Shown here: piece after piece, positions 1-8,797 of the stretch
Position numbering within the stretch: the stretch's first letter is position 1
Layout of the letters: each line of letters begins with the position of its first letter
Source: Planctomycetota bacterium
GTDB taxonomy: Bacteria > Planctomycetota > UBA8742 > UBA2392
Reading direction: 5' to 3'
DNA length: 64,000 bases
NCBI GenBank assembly: GCA_022071975.1
Contig: JAJVIO010000052.1
Coordinates: 38,548 to 102,547, forward strand
Notes under the pieces: model-generated
What the model saw: only the letters and a program-made list of their open reading frames with translations
Database searches by the model: none
What the model was told of the DNA's origin: nothing
Program-made: the position numbers and the translations under genes

Positions 1-1
1 G

Positions 2-1327
2 CGCGACGCCGGCGAGATACGCCGCTTCGCGGTGCCGACGCTCGGCATCATGCTGGGCAGCGCGCGGCTGGACCCCAAGCGCGAAGTGCGCCTCACCCGC
101 GTGCTCAGCGTGCGCCCGGGCAGCCCGGCGGCCATGGCCGGCATCCGCCCCGGCGACCGCATCTACCGCGTGCTGCGCGGCGTGACGGAGCAGCAGATCC
201 ACCAGCTGCGCATCGACAGCAGCGGCCTGCCCGACGAAGACAAGCCGTTCCAGACCCTGCCGCTGGACGAGGCGATCAGCCAGTTCCACGGCGCGCTGGG
301 CACCACCGTGGGGCTGAACATCATGCGCGACGGCTGGCTGCTCTCGCGCTGGGTGCACGTCACGCACACCGAGCAGAACCCTGAGGCCGTGCAGCACGAA
401 GCGCTGCCCGGCGGCCTGGGCATGATCCACGTGGCCGAGCTCACGGCCGCGTCACCGGCCCGCGTGAAGGAAGCCCTGGCGGCGCTGAAGGAAGGCGGCG
501 CCAAGGCCGTGATCCTGGACCTGCGCAATTGCGCGGGGGGCAGCATCGAGGCCGCGACGCAGGTCGCGGGCCTGTTCCTGCCCAAGGGCACGCTGGTTAC
601 GTTCAGCAGCGGGCGCAGCGAGGAGGTGGCGCCCACCACGAAGTACGTCACCAGCCACGACGCCCCGGACACCGAGCTGCCGCTGGTGGTGCTGATCAAC
701 GGCGGCACAGCCGACGCGGGCGAAGTGCTGGCCGGCGCGTTGCGCGAGCATAAGCGCGCGAAGACCGCCGGCGCCCGCAGCTTCGGGCGCGCGATCGTGC
801 AGGAGCTGATTCCGCTGCGCGCTGCGGAACTGGAGGAAGACGGCAAGCAGGCGGCGCTGCTGCTTACCGTGGCGCGCTACCGCGGGCCGGTCAGTGAACT
901 GGCCTGGTACGACCGCGGCGTGGAAGTCGACACCGAGCTGAAGCCGCGCATGTTTGAAAGCTGGATCTATGACGCCTTCGAGGAACTGGGCGAGAAGAGC
1001 GTGCTCGGGACGTACCTGAACAAGCTGATGGCCGGTACCGACAAGGAAGCGCTCAAGCAGCTTGCGCGCGGCGACGGCCACAAGACCGAGGGCTACCCCG
1101 GTTTCGACGAGATGTACGCCCAGGCCGCGGAAACGAAGCTGAGCCGCGAGGACGTGCGCTTCCTGCTGCGCCAGGAGCTGCGCCGCAGGCTGATCGCCGA
1201 GGGCGTCGAGATTCCGCAGGTGGACCTGCAGGAAGACACGGTGTTCGTCGGCGCGGTGAAGGAAGCCGCCAAGGCCGCGGGCATCGACCTGTCGGAGATT
1301 CCCGAGTACCGCATGATCAGCAAGTAG
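2..1327 (+). CDS. S41-family (C-terminal processing / tail-specific) peptidase homolog with PDZ domain, 5' partial; catalytic Ser/Lys apparently substituted
   Basis: PDZ-like GIRPGDRI segment, then an S41 core (ILDLRNCAGGS...LVVLINGGTADAGEVLAGAL...SFGRAIVQ). The frame is open to the window edge. The canonical GSASASE/TFGKG catalytic motifs read GTADAGE/SFGRA here. Confidence 0.7.
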   Translation, partial: RDAGEIRRFAVPTLGIMLGSARLDPKREVRLTRVLSVRPGSPAAMAGIRPGDRIYRVLRGVTEQQIHQLRIDSSGLPDEDKPFQTLPLDEAISQFHGALGTTVGLNIMRDGWLLSRWVHVTHTEQNPEAVQHEALPGGLGMIHVAELTAASPARVKEALAALKEGGAKAVILDLRNCAGGSIEAATQVAGLFLPKGTLVTFSSGRSEEVAPTTKYVTSHDAPDTELPLVVLINGGTADAGEVLAGALREHKRAKTAGARSFGRAIVQELIPLRAAELEEDGKQAALLLTVARYRGPVSELAWYDRGVEVDTELKPRMFESWIYDAFEELGEKSVLGTYLNKLMAGTDKEALKQLARGDGHKTEGYPGFDEMYAQAAETKLSREDVRFLLRQELRRRLIAEGVEIPQVDLQEDTVFVGAVKEAAKAAGIDLSEIPEYRMISK

Positions 1328-1390
1328 CATGGCCGTTCCGGCCATGTAGTGTTCACGGCCCTCCGGGCCGTGATTCGGGCCGGAGGCCCG
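1327..1390. terminator. cluster of GC hairpins between convergent genes (CATGGCCG-TTC-CGGCCATG; CGGCCC-TCC-GGGCCG; CGGGCC-GGA-GGCCCG)
   Basis: Perfect short palindromes seen directly downstream of the peptidase stop; they overlap the 3' end of the minus-strand membrane gene. Confidence 0.5.
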
Positions 1391-2399
1391 AAGCTACGCC
1401 ATCGGCGGGGACGCCGATGCTGCTGCCGACCGAAAGCATCCACCCGACCAGCGCGCACAGGCCGAAGCCGAAGGCGTTCAGCGTGCCGTGCCACACGATC
1501 ATCTCTGGCACCGTCTGCGTCGGGTAGCCGCGCCACACGCCCCAGGCGAAGATGATCGCCAGCGTCATGGCCGTGCCCAGCGACAGGTCCGCCACCACCA
1601 GCAGCACGCGCGAGGCGGGCGGCAGGCCCGAGCCCGGCCGCAGCGCGTGGTAAAGCTGCATCCAGCCCAGCACGATTACGCAGCCCGCATAGAAGAAGGC
1701 GCAGCAGGCCTCGAACCACCCGGGCGCGCCCAGGTGCGAGGCCGTGATGCCCGCCGCCACCAGCAGGTTGCCCAGCGAGACGCAGACTCCCACGGCGCCC
1801 GGAATGCGACGCTCGCCGAAGCGGGCGACAACCCGCCACGCCACCACCTGCAGCACCAGCCCGGCGTACAGCTGGTGCACGCCCGCCAGCAGCACGATCA
1901 CTTCCGGGAAGCCGAATGCCTGCCAGCGCAAAGCAGCAGCCCCCGTCCACGCGCCGCTGACCGTGAACAGCACCAGCCCCCAGTCGGCCAGCGCGCCCGC
2001 GCGGCGCAGGCCCAGCGCGATCAACCGCCAGGCGCCCGCCGCTCCGCACAGGCCGGTCAGGGCGATCCAGGGCAGCGCCAGCCAGATGCCGGCCGGCTCG
2101 GCGCTGAAGGCGACCATCAGCAGCAGCGCGGCGGGAAGCTGCGCCCAGGCGGCGAAACCCAGCAGACGAGCGGTGGGGGAGTGGCGGTCTTGACCGGTCA
2201 AGATCATGCCCAGGGCCAGCGGAACATGTACCAGCGCCCCCAGCCACAACAGGCCCAGGGCCCAGCCGGGCTCGAGAGCAAGGTGCGCGGGCAGCCAGAT
2301 GCCGATGCCTGCGAACGCGCGCAGCCACGCGCGCCCCCGGATCAGCGATGCCGAAGCCGGCACTGGTTGGGGGGCATGTGTTATGGCCGGCTCCGACAT
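1353..2399 (-). CDS. polytopic integral membrane protein (about 10 TM), function unknown
   Basis: Long hydrophobic ORF. Internal ATG at 2399 is preceded by an AGGGAG RBS. High GC3. Sits at the end of the minus-strand membrane gene cluster. Confidence 0.6.
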   Translation of the reverse strand: MSEPAITHAPQPVPASASLIRGRAWLRAFAGIGIWLPAHLALEPGWALGLLWLGALVHVPLALGMILTGQDRHSPTARLLGFAAWAQLPAALLLMVAFSAEPAGIWLALPWIALTGLCGAAGAWRLIALGLRRAGALADWGLVLFTVSGAWTGAAALRWQAFGFPEVIVLLAGVHQLYAGLVLQVVAWRVVARFGERRIPGAVGVCVSLGNLLVAAGITASHLGAPGWFEACCAFFYAGCVIVLGWMQLYHALRPGSGLPPASRVLLVVADLSLGTAMTLAIIFAWGVWRGYPTQTVPEMIVWHGTLNAFGFGLCALVGWMLSVGSSIGVPADGVASGLRPESRPGGP

Positions 2400-2480
2400 C
2401 GACTTTGACTCCCTAGAGACGCGCTGCCGCGCGTCCTGACCGCTGAACACCAGCACGTAGGGACACGCGGCAGCGTGTCC

Positions 2481-3101
2481 CTACCCGTAGCGGAACACAA
2501 ACATCACCAGCACGTCCCAGCCCAGGTGCGCGATAAACGCCGCCCAGAACGAGCGGGTCTTGTACGCGATCCAGCCCCAGGCCGAGCCGAACACCACGGC
2601 CGCCACCAGCAGCAGCGGCGGCCCCCAGGGCAGGTGCACCAGCGCGAACGCCAGCCCGCCAAGGGGCACGCCGGCGAGTTTCCACTTGTCCGTGAACGAC
2701 AGCGTGACCGCCAGGCGCCAGACGATTTCCTCGCCGATGATGATCCACACCAGCAGCGGCCATACCCAGAACGCGGGCGCCGTGTCCAGCATCGCGTAGC
2801 TGCCCGCCACCTGCTCGGCCATGCCCGGCCAGACCCGCGCCAGCAGCAGCGAGCCCAGCCAGCCCGCGCCGTAGAGCAACAGTGCGCACACCAGCCCCAG
2901 CCCGATCCAGCGCACGGAGGGCCTGAAGATCGAGCGCCACTCCAGCTTCACGCCCAGCAGCGCCACCGGCACAGCCACCAGGTAGAACGCCGCCATGCGC
3001 TGCCAGACGTTGCCCATGGCCTCGGTCAAAGCCCACATCAGCCCGAGGCCCCCAAAGGTAAGGCCCAGCGCGACAGGCAGGTTGCGGGTGGGTGCGGCCA
3101 T
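2481..3101 (-). CDS. CPBP family intramembrane glutamic endopeptidase (CAAX protease / Abi-like)
   Basis: All three CPBP motifs are present: EEIVWR (EExxxR), FALVH (FxxxH), HLGWD (HxxxD). Multi-TM. Its start overlaps the stop of the upstream gene. Confidence 0.8.
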   Translation of the reverse strand: MAAPTRNLPVALGLTFGGLGLMWALTEAMGNVWQRMAAFYLVAVPVALLGVKLEWRSIFRPSVRWIGLGLVCALLLYGAGWLGSLLLARVWPGMAEQVAGSYAMLDTAPAFWVWPLLVWIIIGEEIVWRLAVTLSFTDKWKLAGVPLGGLAFALVHLPWGPPLLLVAAVVFGSAWGWIAYKTRSFWAAFIAHLGWDVLVMFVFRYG

Positions 3102-3988
3102 CACGCCACCCCCAATCCTGGCAGTACGACCCCACGAAGGAACCAGGGGTGGAACAACAGAGGCAGTGGCGCGATCACCCAGATCACCGCCCAGAGGCGG
3201 GCTTTGAGGGTACCTGCCTTGATCGGCGCCAGCATGGCCGCTCCGTTGAGCGCGAAGTACAGCGTGGGCAGGCCGTAGCCCGCGTTGACCGGCAGGCTGA
3301 TGGCCGCCTCGTGCAGCAGGCCGCTGAACAGGAACACCACCAGCACGCCCGCGCGCCGGCCCCAGCTACGGGTGGCGCGCTGCACGCTCTCCTGGCACAT
3401 CTCGGTGTAGGCCAGGTTCCAGCGCCGCGTCCAGAAATCGGCCAGGCTGCGCGAGGCGAACGGATTGCGAAACAACGGGCCGACCTGAAACCCTGCCAGC
3501 CGCCAGCCCGCCACCAGCAGAGTGAACAGGCCGTAGTGCAGCACCAGGCTGCAGCCAATCAGCGCCGGCGCCGCGAACGCCCACAGGTTGCCGGTTTGCG
3601 CCCAGGTCCAGCGCGCCAGCAGTATGCAGCCGGCGCCGGCCCCGATACTCAGCAGCCCGAGCGCGGCAAGGCTCAGTGCGCCCTTGCGGGCCGCCGCGGG
3701 CGAGAGCGCCCGCGCCATCACCTGCGGCCGCATGCCGGGCCACAGCAGCAGCCAGGCCAGCAGACGGGGAAGCGACGGCAGCCGCTTGCCCGCCAGCCGC
3801 TGCTCCACCAGCACCACGGCCTTCATCCAACCGAACAGTACGCCGATCAACACCAGCATGCGCGTGACCGCGTCCGCCTCCAGCAGCCAATGCACAGCCG
3901 CCACCAGCGGCGGGCCGACTCCCCAGGCCGCGAGCCGCAGCGGTAGGGCCCCGGCGTGTCGTGTCAGGCCGGCCGTGCGGGTGCTCAT
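3101..3988 (-). CDS. MBOAT_2 (wax-synthase-like) membrane-bound O-acyltransferase family protein
   Basis: FWTRRWN...SGLLHE motif pair typical of MBOAT_2/wax-synthase-like acyltransferases; multi-TM. ATGA start/stop overlap with the upstream small TM gene. Confidence 0.65.
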   Translation of the reverse strand: MSTRTAGLTRHAGALPLRLAAWGVGPPLVAAVHWLLEADAVTRMLVLIGVLFGWMKAVVLVEQRLAGKRLPSLPRLLAWLLLWPGMRPQVMARALSPAAARKGALSLAALGLLSIGAGAGCILLARWTWAQTGNLWAFAAPALIGCSLVLHYGLFTLLVAGWRLAGFQVGPLFRNPFASRSLADFWTRRWNLAYTEMCQESVQRATRSWGRRAGVLVVFLFSGLLHEAAISLPVNAGYGLPTLYFALNGAAMLAPIKAGTLKARLWAVIWVIAPLPLLFHPWFLRGVVLPGLGVA

Positions 3989-4423
3989 GGCGCCTCCAGC
4001 AGGTTGAAGGCGGCTGCCCAGCCGAACGCGGCCGAGAAGTACAGGAACAGGGCGAGGAAGCCCCACTCGGCGACCTTGTATTTCAAGCCCTTGGGCGCGT
4101 CGGAGGCGTCGAAGTAAACCAGTTGCAGCACGAAGCGCAGAGCCCAGTACACGCAGATGAAGCCGCTGACGATGGCGGCCAGGGGCGTGCGATCCAGCAG
4201 CAGGCCGGGCGCCGCCACGGCCAGCAGGCCCATCAGCACGTTGATGGCCAGGATGTAGGCGGCCTGGGTGGTGAAGATCTGGCGCGTGAGGGGGCGCAGC
4301 GAAGCCAGCTCAGTTTTCCAGCCCAGCGCCTTGGGCGCTTGCGTGCTGGCCGCGGCCAGGGCGAACAGTCCGAGGCCCGCGACGCGCAACGCCCACGCGA
4401 TCAGTTCCGGGTTCACGGCCGCA
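3985..4423 (-). CDS. small 4-TM membrane protein, function unknown
   Basis: GTG start overlaps the stop of the upstream gene (GTGA). Hydrophobic ~146 aa with coding-like GC3. Translationally coupled within the cluster. Confidence 0.5.
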
Positions 4424-5057
4424 CCTCCATGCGCATGGGGCGCTGCCAGTGGCGCGCGCGGGACCAGCGGCGCTGCTGGCGCCAGAGGGGCTTGATCGCC
4501 CAGCTTGCGACCTCGCTGCCGACCACCGCAAACGGTGCGGCGAACATGGCGTAGACCACGCCGAACATCAGGACCACGAAAACCATGCAGGCGTTCAGGG
4601 TTTCCCACAATGCAACCATGCCCAGCGCCGCGTAGATCAGCATCAGCCCGAGCCATGAGGTGAACATGCGGCGCTCCGCGCTTGCCGCGGGGCCTAGCAC
4701 GGCCGCGCAGGCCAGCACGCCGATGGCGGGTGGCAGGAGCACAGGCACAAGCCAGTCCTCCAGCGCGAGCGCCGCCGCGAACAAAATCCATTCGAGGGTG
4801 ACCGTAGCTACTGCGCAGGTCATTGCCGCAGTCGCGCTGCGGAGGGGACCTGGTTTACGGGTTTGCCTTGCGCCCGGCAGGGGTGAGGCGTAGGGGACGC
4901 GGACGCTCAAGCGCTTGCCGAATGCCCGGGAGGGGAGGTCCGTGGCACGGGGCGCGGTTCTGCGCCATTCGCCGCTGTCTTCGGGCAGGCGTGTGTCGAT
5001 GAGGACGCCGCCCTTGATAATGGTGCTGTAGACCGTCATGGCGCACCCGTCTTTCAT
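4413..5057 (-). CDS. membrane protein with ~90-aa N-terminal soluble region and C-terminal TM helices, function unknown
   Basis: Coding-like codon usage from the ATG at 5057 (alternative ATG at 5039). The operator-like palindrome lies immediately upstream. Confidence 0.5.
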   Translation of the reverse strand: MKDGCAMTVYSTIIKGGVLIDTRLPEDSGEWRRTAPRATDLPSRAFGKRLSVRVPYASPLPGARQTRKPGPLRSATAAMTCAVATVTLEWILFAAALALEDWLVPVLLPPAIGVLACAAVLGPAASAERRMFTSWLGLMLIYAALGMVALWETLNACMVFVVLMFGVVYAMFAAPFAVVGSEVASWAIKPLWRQQRRWSRARHWQRPMRMEVRP

Positions 5058-5065
5058 TTCGCTAT

Positions 5066-5083
5066 CGTCAGAGAAAACTGACG
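5066..5083. promoter_or_regulatory. operator-like inverted repeat CGTCAG-N6-CTGACG upstream of the membrane gene cluster
   Basis: Perfect 6-bp arms with a 6-bp spacer, in an AT-richer stretch just upstream of the first cluster gene. The same motif recurs upstream of the adjacent GbsR-type regulator. Confidence 0.55.
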
Positions 5084-5103
5084 TATAGCGGTCAAACAAA
5101 AAC

Positions 5104-5676
5104 TCAGCCCCGGTCCTTGGGGATCAGCTTGGCTGCCGTGCGGAACACCTTGGCCATGCGGCCGTGGCCGATGGCCAGGAACACGTCTATTAAATCCACG
5201 AACTCGTGGGCGAAGTCGGCGAACTTCTCGATCTTGTCGTGGGCTTCCTCGAGGCGCTTGCGTTCGGCCCCCTTGGCGCCCTTGCCGGCGCCTTCTGCGA
5301 AACCGGCGGCCTCGTGCAGGCGCTCCATGACCGGCACCACCTCGCGGCGGCGGCGCTCGCGGATGGTGGTGTGGAACCAGGTCCAGGGGTCCTGCTCGGC
5401 CTCGAAGAAGGTTTTGCGGTCGCCGGGGCGTGTCACGCGGCGCACCACGCCCCAGGCGATCAGGTCGCGGATGCTGGTGCTGGTGTTGCCGTGGCTGATC
5501 TGCAGGCGCTCGGCGATGCTGTCGATGTCGAGTGGTTCAGGCGAAAGGTACAACAGGGCCTGCACGCGGCCGACGGATTTGTTGACGCCCCAGAGCTGGC
5601 TGATTTCGGACCACACCTCGATGAAGCGGTCCTGCACCTCGCGCAGGGTGTCCCGGTTGTCGGCAGGCTCGTTCAT
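5104..5676 (-). CDS. GbsR/MarR-type HTH transcriptional regulator (choline/betaine-responsive repressor family)
   Basis: 190 aa. The winged-HTH segment LSPEPLDIDSIAERLQISHGNTSTSIRDLIAWGVVRRV is typical of the GbsR/OpcR family. Confidence 0.7.
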   Translation of the reverse strand: MNEPADNRDTLREVQDRFIEVWSEISQLWGVNKSVGRVQALLYLSPEPLDIDSIAERLQISHGNTSTSIRDLIAWGVVRRVTRPGDRKTFFEAEQDPWTWFHTTIRERRRREVVPVMERLHEAAGFAEGAGKGAKGAERKRLEEAHDKIEKFADFAHEFVDLIDVFLAIGHGRMAKVFRTAAKLIPKDRG

Positions 5677-5693
5677 CGCAGCATCCTCTGAAC

Positions 5694-5711
5694 CGTCAGT
5701 CTAAACTGACA
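5694..5711. promoter_or_regulatory. second operator-like inverted repeat CGTCAG-N6-CTGACA in the regulator/pepF divergent region
   Basis: Same half-site and spacer as the site at 5066-5083; lies 18 bp upstream of the regulator start codon. Confidence 0.5.
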
Positions 5712-5901
5712 ATACTGCATGAACCGGCCAGGAGCAAGAAAAACCAGAGCCCGGGGCGCAATCCCCGGGCAAGACGGCATGGATGCGCCGGTAAGGCCCC
5801 GCCCGTCCCAGGGCCCAGGAATTCTTTGAGGATTTGCGGGAGAAACCGGGGCTGGCGACGTGTTAAAGGCAAGTAAAGTAGTCGCCCTGAAAGGAAACGC
5901 C

Positions 5902-7626
5902 ATGCCGACCGACACCCTGGAAACACTGCCACGCCAGTACCCGCGCGAGTTCGTGCCCGCCGAGCTGGAAGTCCGCGGCTTCGACGACGTCGCGCCGCTG
6001 TTCAACCAACTGCTGGCCGCGAAGCTCGATACGCCCGAGGCCCTGGAAACCTGGCTGCGCAACGTCAGCGAGCTGGAGGCCGTGATCGGCGAAGTCGGCT
6101 CGCGCATTCACATCCGCAGCACCGTGGACACCACCAACCCCGAGTACAAGCGCGCGTTCCTGGACTGGGTCGAGCATTTCGAGCCGCGCCTGAAGCCGGT
6201 GATGCACAAGCTGAACGAGAAGTTCCGCGACGCGCCCGCCCGCGCGAAGCTGGACCGCGCGACTTACGGCATCTACGAGCGCGGCGTGCTGACGCGCCTC
6301 GCGCTGTTCCACGACAAGAACGTGCCGCTCGAGACCGAACTCGCCAAGCTGACCAACCAGTACGACGAGATCCAGGGCGCCATCACCATCCCCTTCCAGG
6401 GCGCCGAGCACACGCCCCAGGCCATGGCCAAGTTCCAGCTTGAGCCCGACCGCAACCTGCGCGAGCAGGCCTGGCGCGCCACCGCCGAGCGCCGCCTGGC
6501 CGAGCACGACAAGCTCAACGAGCTGTACGACAAGCAGGTCCGCCTGCGCGAGCAGATCGCCGCCAACCTGGGCCTGCCCGACTACCGCGCCTACGCCTTC
6601 AAGTCGTTCCTGCGCTTCGACTACACCCCCGCCGACTGCGACGCCTTTGCAGACGCCGTCGAGCGCGTGGTGATGCCGGCCGTAAAACGCAGCCTGGAGC
6701 GCCGCCGCAACGACATGAAGCTCGAGAAGTTGCGCCCCTGGGACCTGTCGGTGGACCCGCAGGGCCGCCCGCCGCTGAAGCCGTTCAGCGACGTGGAGCG
6801 CCTGAAGGCCGGCTGCAGCAGGATCTTCCACCAGGTTGACCCTGAGCTCGGCTCGCAGTTCGACAGCATGCGCGAGCTGGGCCTGCTTGACCTGGACAAC
6901 CGCAAGGGCAAGGCCCCCGGCGGCTACCAGAGCACGCTGAACGAAGTGCGCCTGCCGTTCATCTTCATGAACGCGGTCGGTGTTGACAGCGACCTGCGCA
7001 CCCTGCTGCACGAGGGCGGCCATGCCTTCCACGCCTTTGCGGCCGCGGACCAGCCGCTGATCGACTACCGCAGCGCGCCCATGGAGTTCTGCGAGGTGGC
7101 CAGCATGTCGATGGAGCTGCTGGGCCTGCCGCACATGGACGAGTTCTACAAGGGCGAAGAGCTCAAGCGCGCGCGGCAGGAGTTCCTGACCGGCATCATC
7201 GAGTACTTCCCGTTCTTTGCGGTGGTGGACCAGTTCCAGCACTGGGTCTACACGCATCAGGGCTGCACGATTGCGCAGCGCGAACAGAAGTGGCTTGAGC
7301 TGAACGAGCGCTTCGGCGGCGGCGTGGACTGGAGCGGCCTGGAGCCCTATCGCCGCAACGCCTGGCAGCGCATCGGCCACCTGTTCTGGGTGCCCTTCTA
7401 CTACATTGAGTACGCCATCGCGCAGATCGGCGCGCTGCAGGTGTGGCTGAACAGCAGGAAAAATGGCCCGAAGGCCCTGCAACAGTACCGCAACGCGCTG
7501 GCGCTGGGCGGCAGCAAGCCCCTGCCCGAACTGTTCAAGACCGCCGGCGGCAAGTTCGGCATGGACGCCGACACCATCAAGCCGCTGATCGACGCCCTGG
7601 AGTCAGCGCTGGCGGATTCTGAGTGA
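5902..7626 (+). CDS. pepF: M3 family oligoendopeptidase F
   Basis: HEGGH zinc motif (LLHEGGHAFHAF). ~575 aa with the PepF family's typical length. AGGAAA RBS before the ATG at 5902. Confidence 0.85.
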   Translation: MPTDTLETLPRQYPREFVPAELEVRGFDDVAPLFNQLLAAKLDTPEALETWLRNVSELEAVIGEVGSRIHIRSTVDTTNPEYKRAFLDWVEHFEPRLKPVMHKLNEKFRDAPARAKLDRATYGIYERGVLTRLALFHDKNVPLETELAKLTNQYDEIQGAITIPFQGAEHTPQAMAKFQLEPDRNLREQAWRATAERRLAEHDKLNELYDKQVRLREQIAANLGLPDYRAYAFKSFLRFDYTPADCDAFADAVERVVMPAVKRSLERRRNDMKLEKLRPWDLSVDPQGRPPLKPFSDVERLKAGCSRIFHQVDPELGSQFDSMRELGLLDLDNRKGKAPGGYQSTLNEVRLPFIFMNAVGVDSDLRTLLHEGGHAFHAFAAADQPLIDYRSAPMEFCEVASMSMELLGLPHMDEFYKGEELKRARQEFLTGIIEYFPFFAVVDQFQHWVYTHQGCTIAQREQKWLELNERFGGGVDWSGLEPYRRNAWQRIGHLFWVPFYYIEYAIAQIGALQVWLNSRKNGPKALQQYRNALALGGSKPLPELFKTAGGKFGMDADTIKPLIDALESALADSE

Positions 7627-7639
7627 AGTAAGGGCAGGC

Positions 7640-7730
7640 ATCGCGCAGAGAGCGCAGAGTACACAGAAGGACTGACGCTGAAAGGCTCTGTGCTCTCTGC
7701 GAGCTCTGTGCTCTCTGCGAGCTCTGTGCG
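7640..7730. repeat. intergenic hairpin with tandem short-unit arms (CGCAGAG / CTCTGCG units), likely terminator
   Basis: ATCGCGCAGAGAGCGCAGAGTACACAGA ... (CTCTGTGCTCTCTGCGAG)x2. The left arm is near-identical to the element at 55779-55842. Confidence 0.6.
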
Positions 7731-7831
7731 GCGCCGCACTTGCGGTTCTTCCTTATCCTCGTCGATCACACTGCAGTTGCAGTTCTTCGTGTCCTTCGCG
7801 TACCCTTCGCTGCCTTCGCGTAAGGCAGTTC

Positions 7832-8797
7832 ATGGAACGCACGCCGGAACAACAGGCTATTCGCACACGCCGCATCGCCACCGGGGCGCTGTTGTCCGTC
7901 TGCGTGTTCTGGGGCGCGACCTTCCTGTGGATGGAGCAGGGCACCGACGCCCTGCAGCGCATTCACGGCGAGGGCAACCACGCGGCCATCGGCGCGTTCT
8001 TCCTGTTCTGGCGCTTCGTGCTGGCGGCCGCGCTGATGCCGCTGCTGGTGCCGCGCAGCGTGAAACGGCTTGACCGGCGCGCGCTGAAGTGGGGCTTCTG
8101 GCTGAGCGTGCCGTTCGCGCTCGGCTTCCTGCTGCAGATCTTCGGCCTGGCGCAGGCCGACGTGCCGCCGGGGCAATCGGCCTTCCTGACCTCACTGTAT
8201 GTGGTGACTACGCCGCTGCTGGCGGCGCTGGTGTACCGACGCCTGCCTCCGCGCGGCGTGATGCTGGGCGTGGTGCTGGCGGTGATCGGCGCCGCGTTCA
8301 TGAAAGGCCCACCCGAGGGCGGCCTGAGCATCGGCGCCTGGGCCACGATCGGCTGCGCCGTGGTGTTCGGCGCGCACATCCTGCTGACCGACCACGCCAC
8401 CAAGCTGGCCGACCCCATGTCGATCACGCTGGTGATGTTCCTGTGCAGCGTCGGCTGGAACGGTCTCGCCGTGCTGATCGCGCCCGGCGGCGCCGTGATG
8501 TTTCAGCCCGCGCTGCTGGCGCAGGCCTTCACGGACACGGCCTTCGTGACCACCGAGCTGCTGTGCGCCGTGTTCGCCACCGTGATCGCCGTCAGCGTGC
8601 TGAACCGCTGGCAGAAAGAGCTGGCGCCCAGCCGCGCGGCCATCGTCTACACGGCCGAGCCGGTGTTCGCCGCGGCGATCAGCATCATCGCGGGGCGAGA
8701 CCACGTGAACGGCTGGCTGATCTTCGGCGCGGGCATGATCCTGCTGGCGAACCTGAGCGCGGAGTTCCTGCGCAAGCGCACGAAGCTTCCCAGCTGA
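7832..8797 (+). CDS. DMT superfamily (EamA-like) transporter
   Basis: 10-TM protein with two EamA-like halves. Confidence 0.75.
   Translation: MERTPEQQAIRTRRIATGALLSVCVFWGATFLWMEQGTDALQRIHGEGNHAAIGAFFLFWRFVLAAALMPLLVPRSVKRLDRRALKWGFWLSVPFALGFLLQIFGLAQADVPPGQSAFLTSLYVVTTPLLAALVYRRLPPRGVMLGVVLAVIGAAFMKGPPEGGLSIGAWATIGCAVVFGAHILLTDHATKLADPMSITLVMFLCSVGWNGLAVLIAPGGAVMFQPALLAQAFTDTAFVTTELLCAVFATVIAVSVLNRWQKELAPSRAAIVYTAEPVFAAAISIIAGRDHVNGWLIFGAGMILLANLSAEFLRKRTKLPS

Noticed and set aside
163-1345. Antisense ORFs 163-846 and 452-1345 overlapping the S41 peptidase gene
   Set aside because: Arg/Ala/Gly/Ser-rich shadow frames typical of high-GC DNA; the plus-strand frame has clear S41/PDZ homology.
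1093-2408. ORFs 1093-2328(-), 1488-2408(+) and 1744-2193(+)
   Set aside because: Composition-biased (R/A/P/Q-rich) shadow ORFs overlapping the hydrophobic 1353-2399 membrane gene.
5863-7482. 539-aa antisense ORF across pepF
   Set aside because: pepF has an HExxH motif and proper composition; the antisense product is Ala/Leu/Gly/Arg-rich with no motifs.
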